Counted from the first letter of the stretch, positions 28,727-42,055 are shown. The stretch: 64,000 bases of DNA from Octopus vulgaris (GCA_951406725.2 OX597843.1:4402001-4466000); one strand, 5' to 3'. Program-made: numbers and translations. Notes: a model not told the origin generated them from the sequence alone.

Positions 28727-29123
28727 TCTTTATATGTAAAAGTGAAGTTGTGTGTCTGTCTCCTACGATTTAGATTCCTAACTACTCCCACATTTTGCGG
28801 TGCAGTTTAACCAAAACCGGGTATCTTATAGTCGTGATTCATATCGAGCCCTTCTGGGTATTAGCACACGTCTACAATGAGTCTACGATTTAAAAAATAA
28901 TTTATCATCATTTTTTTCCATTTTAATGCATTTTTTCGCTATTATATAAGGGAAGTAACTCTCTAAAAATGTCTACGATGAGTCAACGATTTAAAAAAAA
29001 ATTACCATAATTTTTTTTTCCATTTTTAATGCATTTTTTTGCTATTTTTTGGCTATAACTCTCTAAAAATGCTTATATAGTTATTTCCCTTACAAACCCG
29101 AGCAACGCCGGGCGATACTGCTA

Positions 29124-29124
<1 letters not shown>
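28727..29124 (+). mobile_element. Non-autonomous Helitron
   Basis: 5' A|TCTTTATAT..., 3' hairpin CCCGAGCAACGCCGGG then CTAG|T, no TSD. Other copies at ~37560-37873 and 40000-40502. Confidence 0.8.
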
Positions 29125-29168
<44 letters not shown>

Positions 29169-29404
29169 CACTTGTAAACTCCATTATTTCTCTGGGGCAG
29201 CGAAAATTGGTCTTTATGAACGAACGACCGAGTAAGAAATGTTCTTAAATGTAAATTTTGAATTTAGCTTTAGTTATAAAATTACATCTCACAGCTGCTA
29301 AAAATATTTTTTTCGGCTTTAGAATTATTGCACATATCTTCTGTCTATATTTTTCGCCAAATATTTGAAATTACTATAGGGTGTGCGACAGGTGACAGGT
29401 ACTT

Positions 29405-30009
29405 TTCTTTCATCCTTTCGGGGTCGATAAATTAAGTACCAGTTACGCACTGGGGTCGATATAATTGACTTAATACCTATGTCTGTCTTTGTTTGTCCCC
29501 TCTGTGTTTAGCCCCTTGTGGGTAGTAAAGAAATAGGTATTTCGTCTGTCTTTATGTTCTGAGTTCAAATTCCGCCGAGGTCGACTTTGCCTTTCATCCT
29601 TTCGGGGGTCGATAAATTAAGTACCAGTTACGCACTGGGGTCGATGTAATCGACTTAATCCGTTTGTCTGTCTTTGTTTGTCCCCTCTGTGTTTAGCCCC
29701 TTGTGGGTAGTAAAGAAATAGGTATTTCGTCTGTCACTGGGGTCGATGTAATCGACTTAATCCGTTTGTCTGTCTTTGTTTGTCCCCTCTGTGTTTAGCC
29801 CCTTGTGGGTAGTAAAGAAATAGATATTTCGTCTGTCTTTACGTTCTGAGTTCAAATTCCGCTGAGGTCTAATTTGCCTTTCATTCTTTCGGGGTCGATA
29901 AATTAAGTACCAGTTACGCACTGGAGTTGATGTAATCGACTTAATACCTATGTCTGTCCTTGTTTGTCCCTTCTGTGTTTAGCCCCTTGTGGGTAGTAAA
30001 GAAATAGGT
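29405..30009 (+). mobile_element. SINE family B tandem array (~3.5 units, 5'-truncated)
   Basis: Head-to-tail ~180-bp units with AGGTACTTTTCTTTCA at both ends. Confidence 0.8.
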
Positions 30010-30458
30010 ACTTTTCTTTCAAGAAATTTTTCCTCAATTTCGAATCGATTGTAATTGAAGTTGCAAATCAAATATCTGGATAATTTTTGCTGTTTAACAA
30101 TTAATATTCTTTTCTCTGTTGAATTCCATGTCAATTTCCCCCCACAGTAATGTCTAATTTGATCATTTTCCATTTTCAAAAAATCATGTCTAAATCGGGG
30201 CAAAATGAGTAATGGCGAATTTCAGTATTGGCCGAGTTTCGGATCAAAAATCTCCGTTTTGACGATGATTTTTCGAATTTCTTTTTCACCACAGTCTAAC
30301 TTTTTCTTACCCCACTCTCTTCTCCTCTTTACCCCCACCCAGACCGATTTCGGCCAGTTTTTTTTTCTTCTGTAGTACGCATTTAAAAAAGAGGGGAGAA
30401 GTCTTTAACGGTTAAAAAGAAAAAAAGATATTGTTCACCAGAAAAGGTGTATGATTTG

Positions 30459-30844
30459 GATGGAAGCACTCCGTCGGTTACGACGACGAGGGTTCCGGTT
30501 GATCCGAATCAACGGAACAGCCTGCTCGTGAAATCAACGTGTAAGTGGCTGAGCACTCCACAGACACGTGTACCCTTAACGTAGTTCTCGGGGATATTCA
30601 GCGTGACACAGAGAGTGACAAGGCCGGCCCTTTGAAATACAGGTACAACAGAAACAGGAAGTAAGAGTGAGAGAAAGTTGTGGTGAAAGAGTACAGCAGG
30701 GATCACCACCACCCCCTGCCGGAGCCTCGTGGAGCTCTTCGGTGTTTTCGCTCAATAAACACTCACAACGCCCGGTCTGGGAATCGAAACTGCGATCCTA
30801 TGACCGCGTGTCCGCTGCCTTAACCACTGGGCCATTGCGTCTCC
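30459..30844 (-). mobile_element. SINE family C (tRNA-derived head GGAGxCGCAATGGCCCAGTGGTTA), ~385 bp
   Basis: Nearly identical to 55057-55441. Decayed relatives at 42660-43130, 46455-46630 and 62330-62602. Confidence 0.85.
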
Positions 30845-31908
30845 ACTATTCTGTAGTACTCACTTAAAAAAGAGGGGAGAAGTCTTTAACGGTTAAAAAG
30901 GAAAAAAAAAGATATTGTTCACCAGAAAAGGTGTATGATTTAAAGGGGTAGCGAAAAGGCTTTTCTCATGGTTTTTAAATGCGAGGGGCTGAGGTGGAAA
31001 AAAATCCCGATCACACTCCATCTCAATAATTGCTTTTCTTTAACTGTAGGGAGGCGGGAATATTGAAAAGTCTAAAAGCATGTTTTTGCATATTCAGAAT
31101 TCCCTTTGGAGACAAGGTTTGAATCTGTAGGGAAAAAAAAAAACTCACAAAGGGTGGTATGCTTATTTTTAGTGTCCTCACACACACACACATGTGATTA
31201 AAAAAAGTTTAAACGGGGAATTACTCCATTCGATGTCTTTCTATTAGAAACGTTTAGACCTTTAGCTGTTATTTTTAGCATAACGAGTTTCCTGGTGAGG
31301 ACTTCATTTGACTTCATTGCCCGTTACGGCAGTAGAAATCTACGGATGCACAAACGTGCAAAACGGAGAAAAATGAAACAAATATGGACGACTTGTTCCG
31401 AAACACCCCCGAGTGGAGAACCATTCTCAAAAATAGCCCCCCGATTGTCTTTCCCCCAAAATTTCTATGCCCTCGGAATCTACATAGTCCGAGATATATT
31501 TGCAGAAAATTTCATTAAAAGATACCTATTTTCTTGAAAGTTAAGACGAATTGAAGTGGACTCTGGTGAATTTTCTGAAATTCCCCAACACACCCCTCCT
31601 AGAACACCGTCCCCTCCAATTTTGCACATTCAGAATCTACAAGATATAACACATATTCGTAGAAAATTTCATTAAAAAATATCCATTTTTCTGAAAGTTA
31701 TGATCATCCAAAATCCGCCGGGGTGGGGGCAGAAATCTGTACTTATGCCTCGGTCCCAGTCAAACGGTCTGACCCATGACAGCATGGAAGGCAGATGCTA
31801 AATGATGATGATGATGATATATATATATATTCAAAATGTGACCGCGTGTGTACCGTTGGCGGTTTTTTTCCCTCTGTCTTCCCTTCTTTGGATCTTTCCT
31901 TCTCCTAT

Positions 31909-31944
31909 GTTTCTGACGAAGAGCCTCTGCTCGAAACGTTAAAC
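31909..31944 (+). ncRNA. Minimal hammerhead-like motif, copy 1 of a tandem pair
   Basis: GTTT-CTGACGA-A-GAGC-CTCT-GCTC-GAAAC-GTT-AAAC. Confidence 0.5.
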
Positions 31945-32035
31945 CCTCCATCTTTCCTGAGCGTCCAATAATACTATATTTGTTCCACGTCCTCGCATTG
32001 TTGTGTTTTCTCTTTGTGTTTTCATGTTTGGATTA

Positions 32036-32077
<42 letters not shown>

Positions 32078-32115
32078 TACATATATTTATATATATATTC
32101 ATATATATATATATA

Positions 32116-32160
<45 letters not shown>

Positions 32161-32235
32161 AAATGTGACCACATGTGTACCGTTGGCAATTTTTTTTCCT
32201 CTGTCTTCCCTTTTTTGGATCTTTCTTTTTCCTAT

Positions 32236-32270
32236 GTTTCTGACGAAGAGCTCCGCTCGAAACGTTAAAC
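32236..32270 (+). ncRNA. Minimal hammerhead-like motif, copy 2 of a tandem pair
   Basis: GTTT-CTGACGA-A-GAGC-TCC-GCTC-GAAAC-GTT-AAAC, 327 bp after copy 1. Confidence 0.5.
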
Positions 32271-32375
32271 CCTCCTTCTTCCCTTCCTTCCTGAGCGTCC
32301 AATAATACTATATTTATTCCACATCCTCGCCTTGTTGTGTTTTCTCTTTGTGTTTTCATGTTTGGATTAACTTTA

Positions 32376-32408
<33 letters not shown>

Positions 32409-32431
32409 TCATACATATATTTATTTATATA

Positions 32432-32474
<43 letters not shown>

Positions 32475-33555
32475 GTATTATTTATTTATGTATATATAAA
32501 TATTTCTTACTCATCATTATTAAATGTCTGTTTTCCATGTTGGCATGGGTTGGACAGTTAAACAGAATCCAGGGAGCGGAAAGGTTGTGCCAAACCCCAA
32601 TGTCTTCTTTGACATGGTTTCTATGGCTGGATGCCCTTCCAAATGCCAACCACTTTGCAGAGTGTACTGGGTGTAATGTTACTAGAGCCCTCAGCTGAGG
32701 GGCAGACAGTGCTGAGGGAGATGGATTCATGCCATCACTTCTCACTGATCCACATAAAAATTGACAACAACAACAACAGCAAAAATAACAATGCATTTAT
32801 TGCGAACAATATACACAGAGCAAAATGGTGTTGATGGCGTCAATGGTTGTTGGTGGTGGTGGTCATGGTGGCTCTAGAAATGATGAGGGTGGTGGTGGTG
32901 GTCGGGATGGCGGACGGTGGCATGTGTGTGTGTGAATGCATGCGTGTGTGTATATGGCTGTGTGTACGTGTGTCTGTGTGTGTGTGTGTGTGCATACATG
33001 TGTGTATGTGTGTTTGAGTTTGTGCAAGTATGTGTGTGTGTGTGTGTATGTGTGTGCATGCATGTGTGTATGCATGTTCGATTGTGTGCAAGTGTGTGTG
33101 TGTGTGTGTGAATACATGTGTGTACGTGTGTGTGAATACATGTGTGTACGTGTGTGTGAATACGTGTGTGTACGTGTGTGTGAATACATGTGTGTACGTG
33201 TGTGTGAATACATGTGTGTGAATACGTGTGTGTGAATATGTGTGCAAGTGTGTGTGTGTGTGTGTGTGCATGTGTGTTCATGCATGTGTGTATGTGTGTT
33301 CGATTGTGTGCAAGTGTGTGTGAATACATGTGTGTACGTGTGTGTGAATACGTGTGCAAGTGTGTGTGTGTATGTGTGAATACGTCTGTGTATTTGAGTA
33401 TGTGCAAGTGTGTGTGTGTGTGTATGTGTGTGCATACATGTGTATATACATGCAAGTGTATGTGTGCACCAACACATCTGCATATGTGCATATGAGTGTG
33501 TGTGTGTGCATGCTAAATGCATATGTATGTCTGTATGCACTTACATCTATGTGTT

Positions 33556-33595
<40 letters not shown>

Positions 33596-34211
33596 CGTGT
33601 GTGAACAGGCACATGTGAATAAATGTGTGTGTGTGTGTGTGCATGCGTATGTGTGTTTGCCTACATGTGTGTGTGTGTGTGTGTGTGCCTTTCATGTATG
33701 TGAATACATGTCTGAATGTATTCGTATGCATGTGTACGGAGGGGTGAGTGTGCATGTGCATATATATGTGTATGTGTGCATGCGTGTGTGTGTGTGTGTG
33801 TATGTGCATGCGTATGTGTGTGTGTGTGTGTGTGTGTATGTGGAAAAAAGGAACTTCGTCTTTGTTCGTCTTGCCAACCCCGCTGCCGCCGCCACCGCCA
33901 CACGGTCACCTGAAAGAGAAGAGGAAAAAGAAAGAAAGAAAGACAAAAGAAACGAAGGACGATATCGACAACGATGATGCCCATTATTACTGATGATGAT
34001 GATGATTGTGAAAGTGAAAGTAGAAGAGGCTGTAGAGCAGTCCAGGTCTTTGGGAAACGGTAACAGCGGGGCAGAACGGGTTACAGTGGGTTGGGCGGGA
34101 GAGTGGGGGGTGTGGTCGTGAGTGCAAGTTGTGCAGAGGCAGGGGGCAAGGAAGGGGTGTCCCGGGGGTGGGTGGGGGTGGGGTGGGGGTCCAGAGGATG
34201 CTTGCTTCTTT

Positions 34212-34359
34212 TCAAAACATCATTTCCCTGTCTTTCATCCTCCGTTTCTGCAGAGTCCGAGTCCGCTTCCGTCGTTCCACTGCGGCGTTGCCCACCGTCT
34301 GCTTCAGCGGAGGCAGTGTGAGGTTGTCGGCGACAGCGGCAGCTCCACGATCCTCCAGC
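34212..34359 (-). CDS. CCDC74: CCDC74-like terminal exon 7 (LEDRGAAAVADNLTLPPLKQTVGNAAVERRKRTRTLQKRRMKDREMMF*)
   Basis: Acceptor ctaccacAG, phase matches exon 6, TGA at 34212-34214. LPPLKQT...ERRKR...QKRR resembles the recalled CCDC74 C-terminus LPALKQT...ERQKRLQAMQKRR. Confidence 0.85.
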
Positions 34360-34540
34360 CTGTGGTAGAGAGAGAGAGAGAGATAGTGAGAGCAATAAAC
34401 AGAGAGAAAAAAAACAAGAAATAGATATATAGATAGATAGATAGATAGATAGAGTGATATATAGATAGATGGATAAATAGATAGATAGATAGATAGATAG
34501 ATGAATAGATAGATAGATAGACAGATAGATAGATAGATGA

Positions 34541-34611
<71 letters not shown>

Positions 34612-34680
34612 GATAGACAGACATATAGGTAGATAGATTGATAAATAGATGGATAGATAGATAGATTGATAGATATAGAT

Positions 34681-34711
<31 letters not shown>

Positions 34712-34793
34712 TAGATAGATATTGCTAGACAGATAGACATGTAGACAGCTAACGAGATATAGACATAGAGAGGCTGAGAATGAAGTGACTTAC

Positions 34794-34960
34794 TCCTTCT
34801 TTGAGAGCAGTTTAGGTGTCGACCTTAAAGGTTTACTGTGGTCCTTCTGAGCTGCCTTAGCATCATCGAAAGCGATATACGCCTTAGCTATGAGGTAGGC
34901 ATCCGGGGTCCACTTGTGTGAGTATAAGACATCCCTGAGGTCAGACTTTAGGGCTTCGAG
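34794..34960 (-). CDS. CCDC74: CCDC74-like exon 6 (LEALKSDLRDVLYSHKWTPDAYLIAKAYIAF...)
   Basis: Acceptor ttttacAG, donor GA|GTAAGT, 167 nt, phase 0 to phase 2. Confidence 0.85.
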
Positions 34961-35149
34961 CTGTAAAAAGAAAACACACACAAGGACACAACAACAAAAT
35001 ACTTATTTCTTTACTACCCACAAGGGGCTAAACACAGAGGGGACAAACAAGGACAGGCAGACGGATTAAGTCGATTACATCGACCCCAGTGCGTAACTGG
35101 TACTTAATTTATCGACACCGAAAGGATGAAAGGTAAAGTCACTGGAGTT

Positions 35150-35647
35150 GGTTGTGGCGGTGGAGGTGATAGTGGCTGTGTTGGATATAGTTGTGGTGGT
35201 GGTGATGGTAATGCTGATAGGGTGGCAATGATGACAGATGTGGTGATGATGGTAATAGTGATAATGGTGGTGGTGATGATAATGATGATGATGGTGGCTG
35301 TGGTGGTGATGGTGGTGGTGGTGGTGATGATGATGATGGTAGCTGTGGTGATGGTAGTGGTGGTGATGATGATGGTGGCTGTGGTGATGGTGGTGGTAGT
35401 GGTGATGATGATGGTGGTGGTGGTGATGACGGATGATGATGATGATGATGATGGTGGCCTTGGTGATGGTGGTGATGACAAGGGTGATGATGATGATGAT
35501 GATGGTAGCTGTGGTGATGATGGTGGTGATGACAGGTGATGAAGGTGATGATAATGATGATGATGGTGGCTGTGGTGGTGGTGGTAGTGGTGGCTGTGGT
35601 GGTGGTGGTGGTGGTAGTGGAGATGACAGGGGTGATGATGATGATAA

Positions 35648-35680
<33 letters not shown>

Positions 35681-35913
35681 CACTGACGCTGATGGTGGTG
35701 AAGACAATGCTAATGTTGTTCAGGAATGTGATAATGGCTACAGTAGTAGTAGTAGTAGTAGTTGTAGCAGTAGTAGTAGTAGTAGTAGTAGTTGTAGTAG
35801 TATTAGTAGTAGTAGTAGTAGTTGTAATAGTAGTAGTTGTAGTAGTTGTAGTAGTAGTAGTAGTAGTTGTAGTAGTATTAGTAGTAGTAGTAGTAGTTGT
35901 AGTAGTAGTAGTT

Positions 35914-35975
<62 letters not shown>

Positions 35976-35976
35976 T

Positions 35977-36027
<51 letters not shown>

Positions 36028-36070
36028 TAAGTAGTAGTAGTAGTAGTAGTAGTAGCAGTGGTAGTAGTAA
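35150..36070. repeat. Compound (GGT/GAT)n and (AGT)n microsatellite in CCDC74 intron 5
   Basis: Directly visible. Comparable TA/TG/GA/GATA tracts occur at 2.6-4.1, 8.3-9.5, 11.5-14.3, 32.9-34.7, 37.0-38.6, 47.6-48.7 and 50.0-50.4 kb. Confidence 0.9.
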
Positions 36071-36109
36071 AGGCGTTAAACAAGGAGTATACTCTCAAAC
36101 CCCGTTTAC

Positions 36110-36314
36110 CTCGTGCGATTGGCTGTCGTTGATCTCCTGCAGGTTTTTGATAATGTTCTGTAGCTCCAGCATGGACATGTGTTGGTTCAGGTGGTTGTTC
36201 GCGGTGACGTAGGAATGCATTCCCGAATGGTGGTGGCCAGCGTACTTCACGTCGTTGCAGAACTTGGCACCAATCTGGGCGAGTTGGTATCGCAGGGAAT
36301 CTATCGTCATAATT
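36110..36314 (-). CDS. CCDC74: CCDC74-like exon 5 (IMTIDSLRYQLAQ...MLELQNIIKNLQEINDSQSHE)
   Basis: Acceptor gcacAG after a pyrimidine tract, donor GAG|GTAAAC, 205 nt. Begins the C-terminal coiled-coil region. Confidence 0.8.
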
Positions 36315-36609
36315 CTGTGCCCCAGGGGGAAACGAAAGAAAAGCGGTGAATATTTCGTCAAATATGGAAAAAAACACGTTTTGCTTTTAGCTCTCTTTAC
36401 TCTCTCGTTTACTTGTTTCAGTCATCTTGAATGCGGCCATGCTGGAGCACCGCCTTTTCGATCGAGCAACCTCGACCCCGGGACTTATTCTTTTTGTAAG
36501 CCCAGTACTTATTCTATCGGTCTCTTTTGCCGAACCGCTAAGTGACGGGGACATAAACACACTAGCATCGGTTGTCAAGCAATGCTAGGGGGACAAACAC
36601 AGACACACA

Positions 36610-36644
<35 letters not shown>

Positions 36645-37120
36645 GACGGGCTTCTTTTCAGTTTCCGTCTACCAAATCCACTCACAAGGCTTTGGTCGGC
36701 CTGAGGCTATGGTAGAAGACACTTTCCCAGGACTGGGACTGAACCCGGAACCATGTGGTTGGTAAACAAGCTACTTACCACACAGCCACTTTTTTTTTTT
36801 TTCGTTTTTGAAGAATTTTAGTTAAAATGGATCGACCCCCAGTACTTGCGTTTGAGTTTATTTTCTCTTTCAAGCCTGGTGTTCGTTTTATCGGTCTCTT
36901 TTTGCTGAACCACTAAGTTACAGGGACATAAACACTCCAGGACCAGTTGTCAAGCAGTGGTGAGGGACAAAGAGACACACACACACACAAATACATACAT
37001 ACACACATACATACATAGATATATACACACACACATACATAGATATATAGATATATACATACATATACATACATACATACATACATACATAGATATATAC
37101 ATACATACATACATAGATAT

Positions 37121-37151
<31 letters not shown>

Positions 37152-37315
37152 CATACATACATACATACATACATACATACATACATACATACATACATAC
37201 ATACATACATACATACATACATACATACATACATACATACATACATACATACATACATACATACATACATACATACATACATAGACATACATACATACAT
37301 AGATATATACATACA

Positions 37316-37349
<34 letters not shown>

Positions 37350-38190
37350 CATACATACATAGATATATACATACATACATACATAAACACATACAGACAT
37401 ACATACATACATACATACATACATACACACGCACACACACACATGCATACATACAAGGGGGTACCCAGGAAGTCACCAGAAATGTTCTCTGTGAGACAAG
37501 TCCATTGTCGCCCAGGCTTTTGCTGCTATATATATAGATATATATATATCTATCTATATATATAAATATATATATCTATATATATAAAACTGAAGTTGTG
37601 TGAGAGTCTGCCTCCTCCAATTTAGATTCCTAACTACTCCCACATTTTGCGGTGCAGTTTAACCAAAACCGGGTATCTTATAGTCGTGATTCATATCGAG
37701 CCCTTCTGGCTATTAGCGCGCGTCTACGATGAGTCTATGATTTAAAAAATAATTTATCATCATTTTTTTCCATTTTAATGCATTTTTGCTATTATATAAG
37801 GGAAGTAACTCTCTAAAAATGCTTATATAGTTATTTCCCTTACAAACCGAGCAACTCCAGGCGATACTGCTAGTATATGTATATATATATATGTATGTAT
37901 ATATATATACGATGGGCTTCTTTCAGTTTCCCTCTACCAAATCCACTCACAAGGCTTTCGGCGGCCCGAGGCTATAGTAGAAGACACTTGCCCAAGGTGT
38001 CACTCGGTGGGTCTGAACCTGGAACCATGTGGTTGGTAAGCAAGCTACTTACCACACAGCCAATCCTGCACCTATACTAAAATTTTTATAATTATAAACA
38101 TAATTATAATTAGGGTTTAGCAAAAATTGCTTCACCACATACGGAAATTTAGAAATAGCAGTTAAATACTTTTCTACTACCATAAGATAT

Positions 38191-38232
<42 letters not shown>

Positions 38233-38366
38233 GATACATACATAGACACACATCTGGAAAGACAGGAAAAAGGGAATATAAATGAGGAAGAGGAAGAGAC
38301 AAACAGAAATTGAGAGAGAGAGAGAAAGAAAGAGAGAGAGAAAGAAAGAGAGAGAGAGAGAAAGAA

Positions 38367-38402
<36 letters not shown>

Positions 38403-38477
38403 AGAGAGAGAAAGAAAGAGAGAGAGAAAGAAAGAGAAGAGAAAGAAAGAGAGAGAGAGAGAGAAAGAAAGAGAGAG

Positions 38478-38514
<37 letters not shown>

Positions 38515-38618
38515 AGAGAGAGAGAGAAAAGAGAAGAGAGAGAGAGAGAGAGAGAAGAGAGAGAGAGAAAGAGAGAGAGAGAGAAAGAGGCAATCAATGG
38601 TGCCTCGTCTTCACTCAC

Positions 38619-38737
38619 TGGTCTCTCCGGTGTTCTTCGGATTGTTCCAGAAGTTGTCCGAGGCAAGAATTTCCTCTGTTGATGCTTCCTCAATTCCTCT
38701 TCCAGCAACAAGATCTTCACTTCGTCTAACTTCTCCT
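38619..38737 (-). CDS. CCDC74: CCDC74-like exon 4 (EEKLDEVKILLLEEELRKHQQR / NSCLGQLLEQSEEHRRD), with an apparent +1 frameshift
   Basis: Acceptor caatttcAG, donor CA|GTGAGT. At 119 nt it is 1 nt longer than the flanking phases require. Confidence 0.7.
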
Positions 38738-39999
38738 CTGAAATTGAAACACACAAAAGCACCAGCACACAGATCAGTGGAGCATCACTTGAAATGGTCA
38801 GAAGTGGATCTATAAATGGGTCTTTTCCGTTTGACCGGCAGTTTTTAAAAATAATTTCCACCTAACTAAACACTTTTAAACTTCGTATTCTGATAGAATG
38901 TGTCAAAATAAAACATTTTTTTCTCTTGGCTTTATTGTCCCCCTAGCATTGTTTGACAACCAATGCTGGTGTGTTTACGTCCCCGTTACTTAGTGGTTCG
39001 GCGAAAAAAGATCGATAGAATAAGTACTGGGCTTACAAAAAGAATAAGTCCCGGGGTCGAGTTGCTCGACTAAAGGCGGTGCTCCAGCATGGCCGCAGTC
39101 AAATGACTGAAACAAGTAAAAAGAGTAAAAAAAAGAGTAAAGAGAGTAAATCAAGAAAGCTTGCATGTTTGAAAGCCAAAACGTAAAAATGCGCAGAGTT
39201 GTACAGACTGTCTGCAAATGCACATGCGCATCCAACTGTCAGGGGTAAAATTATCTCCGTCCAATCAAAAAACAAACATTTTGCCATTTATAGATATAGA
39301 GATTTTAAGCAAACATTTAGAAATTCTCTAGGAAACTGGAAAATCCAGAAATCTGGGACAGTTCCCGTCCTAAATTGGATAAAATGGTCTGGTACAGTAT
39401 TGAGGTGTGATACATAGCAAAGGGAGGGAAATGCAGAGTTTTAAAGAGTTATTTCCCTTGCTATGGTTTAATATCTTTAGATTAAACTCCTGGATTAAGT
39501 GAGTTACGTCCCTTGTATTAAAGACTTTCGTTATCTGAAACATAAGGGGTCGGTTTATCGACTTTTTTAAATGGCCTTCAGGGGTAACTGGGAAATGAAA
39601 AGATCTTCACAACCACCCTTGGATGGTTTTGAATGACTACAGAAAGTGTGAGCCCTCTAACTGAAAAATTGTGGATTTGTATAAAGAACATGCACACACA
39701 CACACACAAATCTATCTCTGCTTATTTCAGTCTAGTTTTCTCAATTCTTGTAACTCTCTGTCCTCCTCCTTTTTCTTCCTCCTCCTCCTCCTTCTTCCCC
39801 CTCTCTCCATCTCCTCCCCATTCTTCCTACTCTCTCTCCTCCTCTTCCTTCCTCCTCTCTCTCCCCTCCTTCCCACTCTCTCATCCACTTTCTTCCTCCT
39901 CCTCTTTCTCTCCTCCCCCTTCTTCTCCCTCCTCCCTCTCTCTCTTCTTCACAATGAAATAGCAAACCCAATAAATACACTGATATATATATATGTATA

Positions 40000-40502
40000 T
40001 CTTTATATATAAAAGTGAAGTTGTGTGTCTGTCTCCTACGATTTAGACTCCTAACTACTCCCACATTTTGCGGTGCAGTTTAACCAAATTCGGGTAGCTT
40101 ATAGTCGTGATTCATATCGAGCCCTTCTGGGTATTAGCGCACGTCTACGATGAGTCTACGATTTTAAAATTAATTTACTATCATTTTTTCCCATTTTTAA
40201 TGCATCTTTTTCGCTATTATATAAGGGAAGTAACTTTCTAAAAATGTCTACGATGAGTCTACGATTTAAAAAAAAAATTACCATCATTTTTTTCCATTTT
40301 AATGCATTTTTTTCGCTATTATATAAGGAAGTAACTCTCTAAAAATGTCTACGATGAGTGAACGATTTTTAAAAAAAAATTTACCATAATTTTTTTTCCA
40401 CTTTTAATGCATTTTTTTGCTACTTTTTGGCTATAACTCTCTAAAAATGCTTATATAGTTATTTCCCTTACAAACCCGAGCAACGCCGGGCGATACTGCT
40501 AG
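40000..40502 (+). mobile_element. Non-autonomous Helitron with three internal ~95-bp repeats, ending 36 bp from the exon 3 donor
   Basis: TC start, subterminal hairpin and CTAG end. Confidence 0.8.
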
Positions 40503-40538
40503 TATATGTATATATATATATATATATGTTTCCTTTAC

Positions 40539-40916
40539 CTTTATCCAGTTTCAGCTCCCTGTTCTGTGTCTTCTGAACCCCGCCTTCTCGACTCAGGTCG
40601 CCAAGACGACTCAGGTCACTGAGGTCGCTGCGTTCGCCCACGGTCCCACCCTCGACGTCCTGACCCTCTCGCTGATCCGCACTCGGCACATTTAGTCTTC
40701 TCTGGCCATCATACTCATCATCATCATCATCATCATCATCAACATTATCGTCACCGTGTTTGTCGTCACCGCCCGTTCTTTCTTCCGTTCCTCTTCTCTG
40801 TTCTTCCGTCGGAACTGTTTTGCCATCTTTGCCACCGTCACTGTCGGTGCCCATGACGTCGGAGGCAAGCGAAGACTTTGAGTCTCTTTGTGACATGATA
40901 ATCTTGAAATTCAGAT
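40539..40916 (-). CDS. CCDC74: CCDC74-like exon 3 (DLNFKIIM... acidic linker ...ELKLDK)
   Basis: Acceptor ttctccAG, donor AAG|GTAAAG, 378 nt, phase 1 at both ends, open frame. Confidence 0.85.
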
Positions 40917-41012
40917 CTGGAGAATGAGACACAGAAAGACAGGTAGATAGGTAGGTAGATATAGGTAGGTAGATATAGGTAGGTAGGTAGGTAGATAGAT
41001 AGGTAGGTAGGT

Positions 41013-41062
<50 letters not shown>

Positions 41063-41136
41063 ACAGACAGACAAACAGACAGATAAATAGATAGACAGAT
41101 AGAGAGGTAGGTAGGTAGATAGATAGACATACAGAC

Positions 41137-41168
<32 letters not shown>

Positions 41169-41777
41169 CGATAGATAGATAGATAGATAAGTTTCTTTAT
41201 TGGCTACACAGGGCTGCACACAGATGGGACAAGTTACAAGGTAGAGCTTTTCTTTTGGGGGAGGAAAAAAAAAAAGGTAGCATAGGTTTTCGATCAAAAG
41301 GGATCGCAAAAGGGAAAAAAAGAACAAAAAAAAGGAAAAGAAAAAAAGAAAAAAAAAGAAAAAAGGGAAAAAAGAAAAGAAAAATGAAAAAGGAACAAAA
41401 AGAGGAAAAAAGGGGGAGGGAGAGGAAAAAAAACGATCAATAGGGATCGTGTATCACAGTGTCATGATGTATGGTGTAAAGGGGAAAGCAAGTAAGGTTT
41501 ATCCGTGGGAAGAAAAGCCTACGAAAAAGACCCCGGTAACCTTGGTCAATATTGTTATATGTTACCACATTTGTTTGCAAGTGGGTAACCCTCTGTTTTT
41601 AATTTCTGGGTTCATAGAATCATAGTCAGCGTGGCTTCGTCATTCATACGTGCCATCCTTGCTACATTCGCCCATCTTTTTTTTTTGAAACATTCGCTAG
41701 ACAAAACTTGCCTCTCTACTTTCACTTTCCTTTTCAAGTGATTTAAAAAAAAAACAAAGAAAGAAAGAAAGCCCTAC

Positions 41778-42055
41778 CTTTGTTCTGTCGTTTCAAATCA
41801 TCGATTTCCTGGTGCAGACTTTGTAAAATTTCACAGTGTTGTTTCTTTAACATCTCCATGCTTCTCTCCAGATACTGCAGCCGTCGGTTCGAGTCCTCGT
41901 CTTGCGAACCAGCGGCCCCTTTTCTCTTCCCATGAACTTCATCTTCTTTATTATTGCCGGGCTTATCATCCTCGCTGATTGGCGTTGATTTTCGTCTGGA
42001 CGCAACCTGTTCGTTTGGGTACGCCTGTTTGTCTTTCTCAAAGTATCGTGGGTAC
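41778..42055 (-). CDS. CCDC74: CCDC74-like exon 2, start of the CCDC74/CCDC92-type coiled coil
   Basis: Acceptor ttcaccgtccacccAG, donor AAG|GTAGG, 278 nt, phases consistent. Encodes ...RLQYLERSMEMLKKQHCEILQSLHQEIDDLKRQNK and continues DLNFKIIM in the next exon. This resembles the recalled CCDC74 motif [33 protein letters not shown]. Confidence 0.85.

Noticed and set aside
35139-36377. 412-aa ORF in the track
   Set aside because: Wrong-frame read of CCDC74 exon 5 running into an intronic microsatellite.
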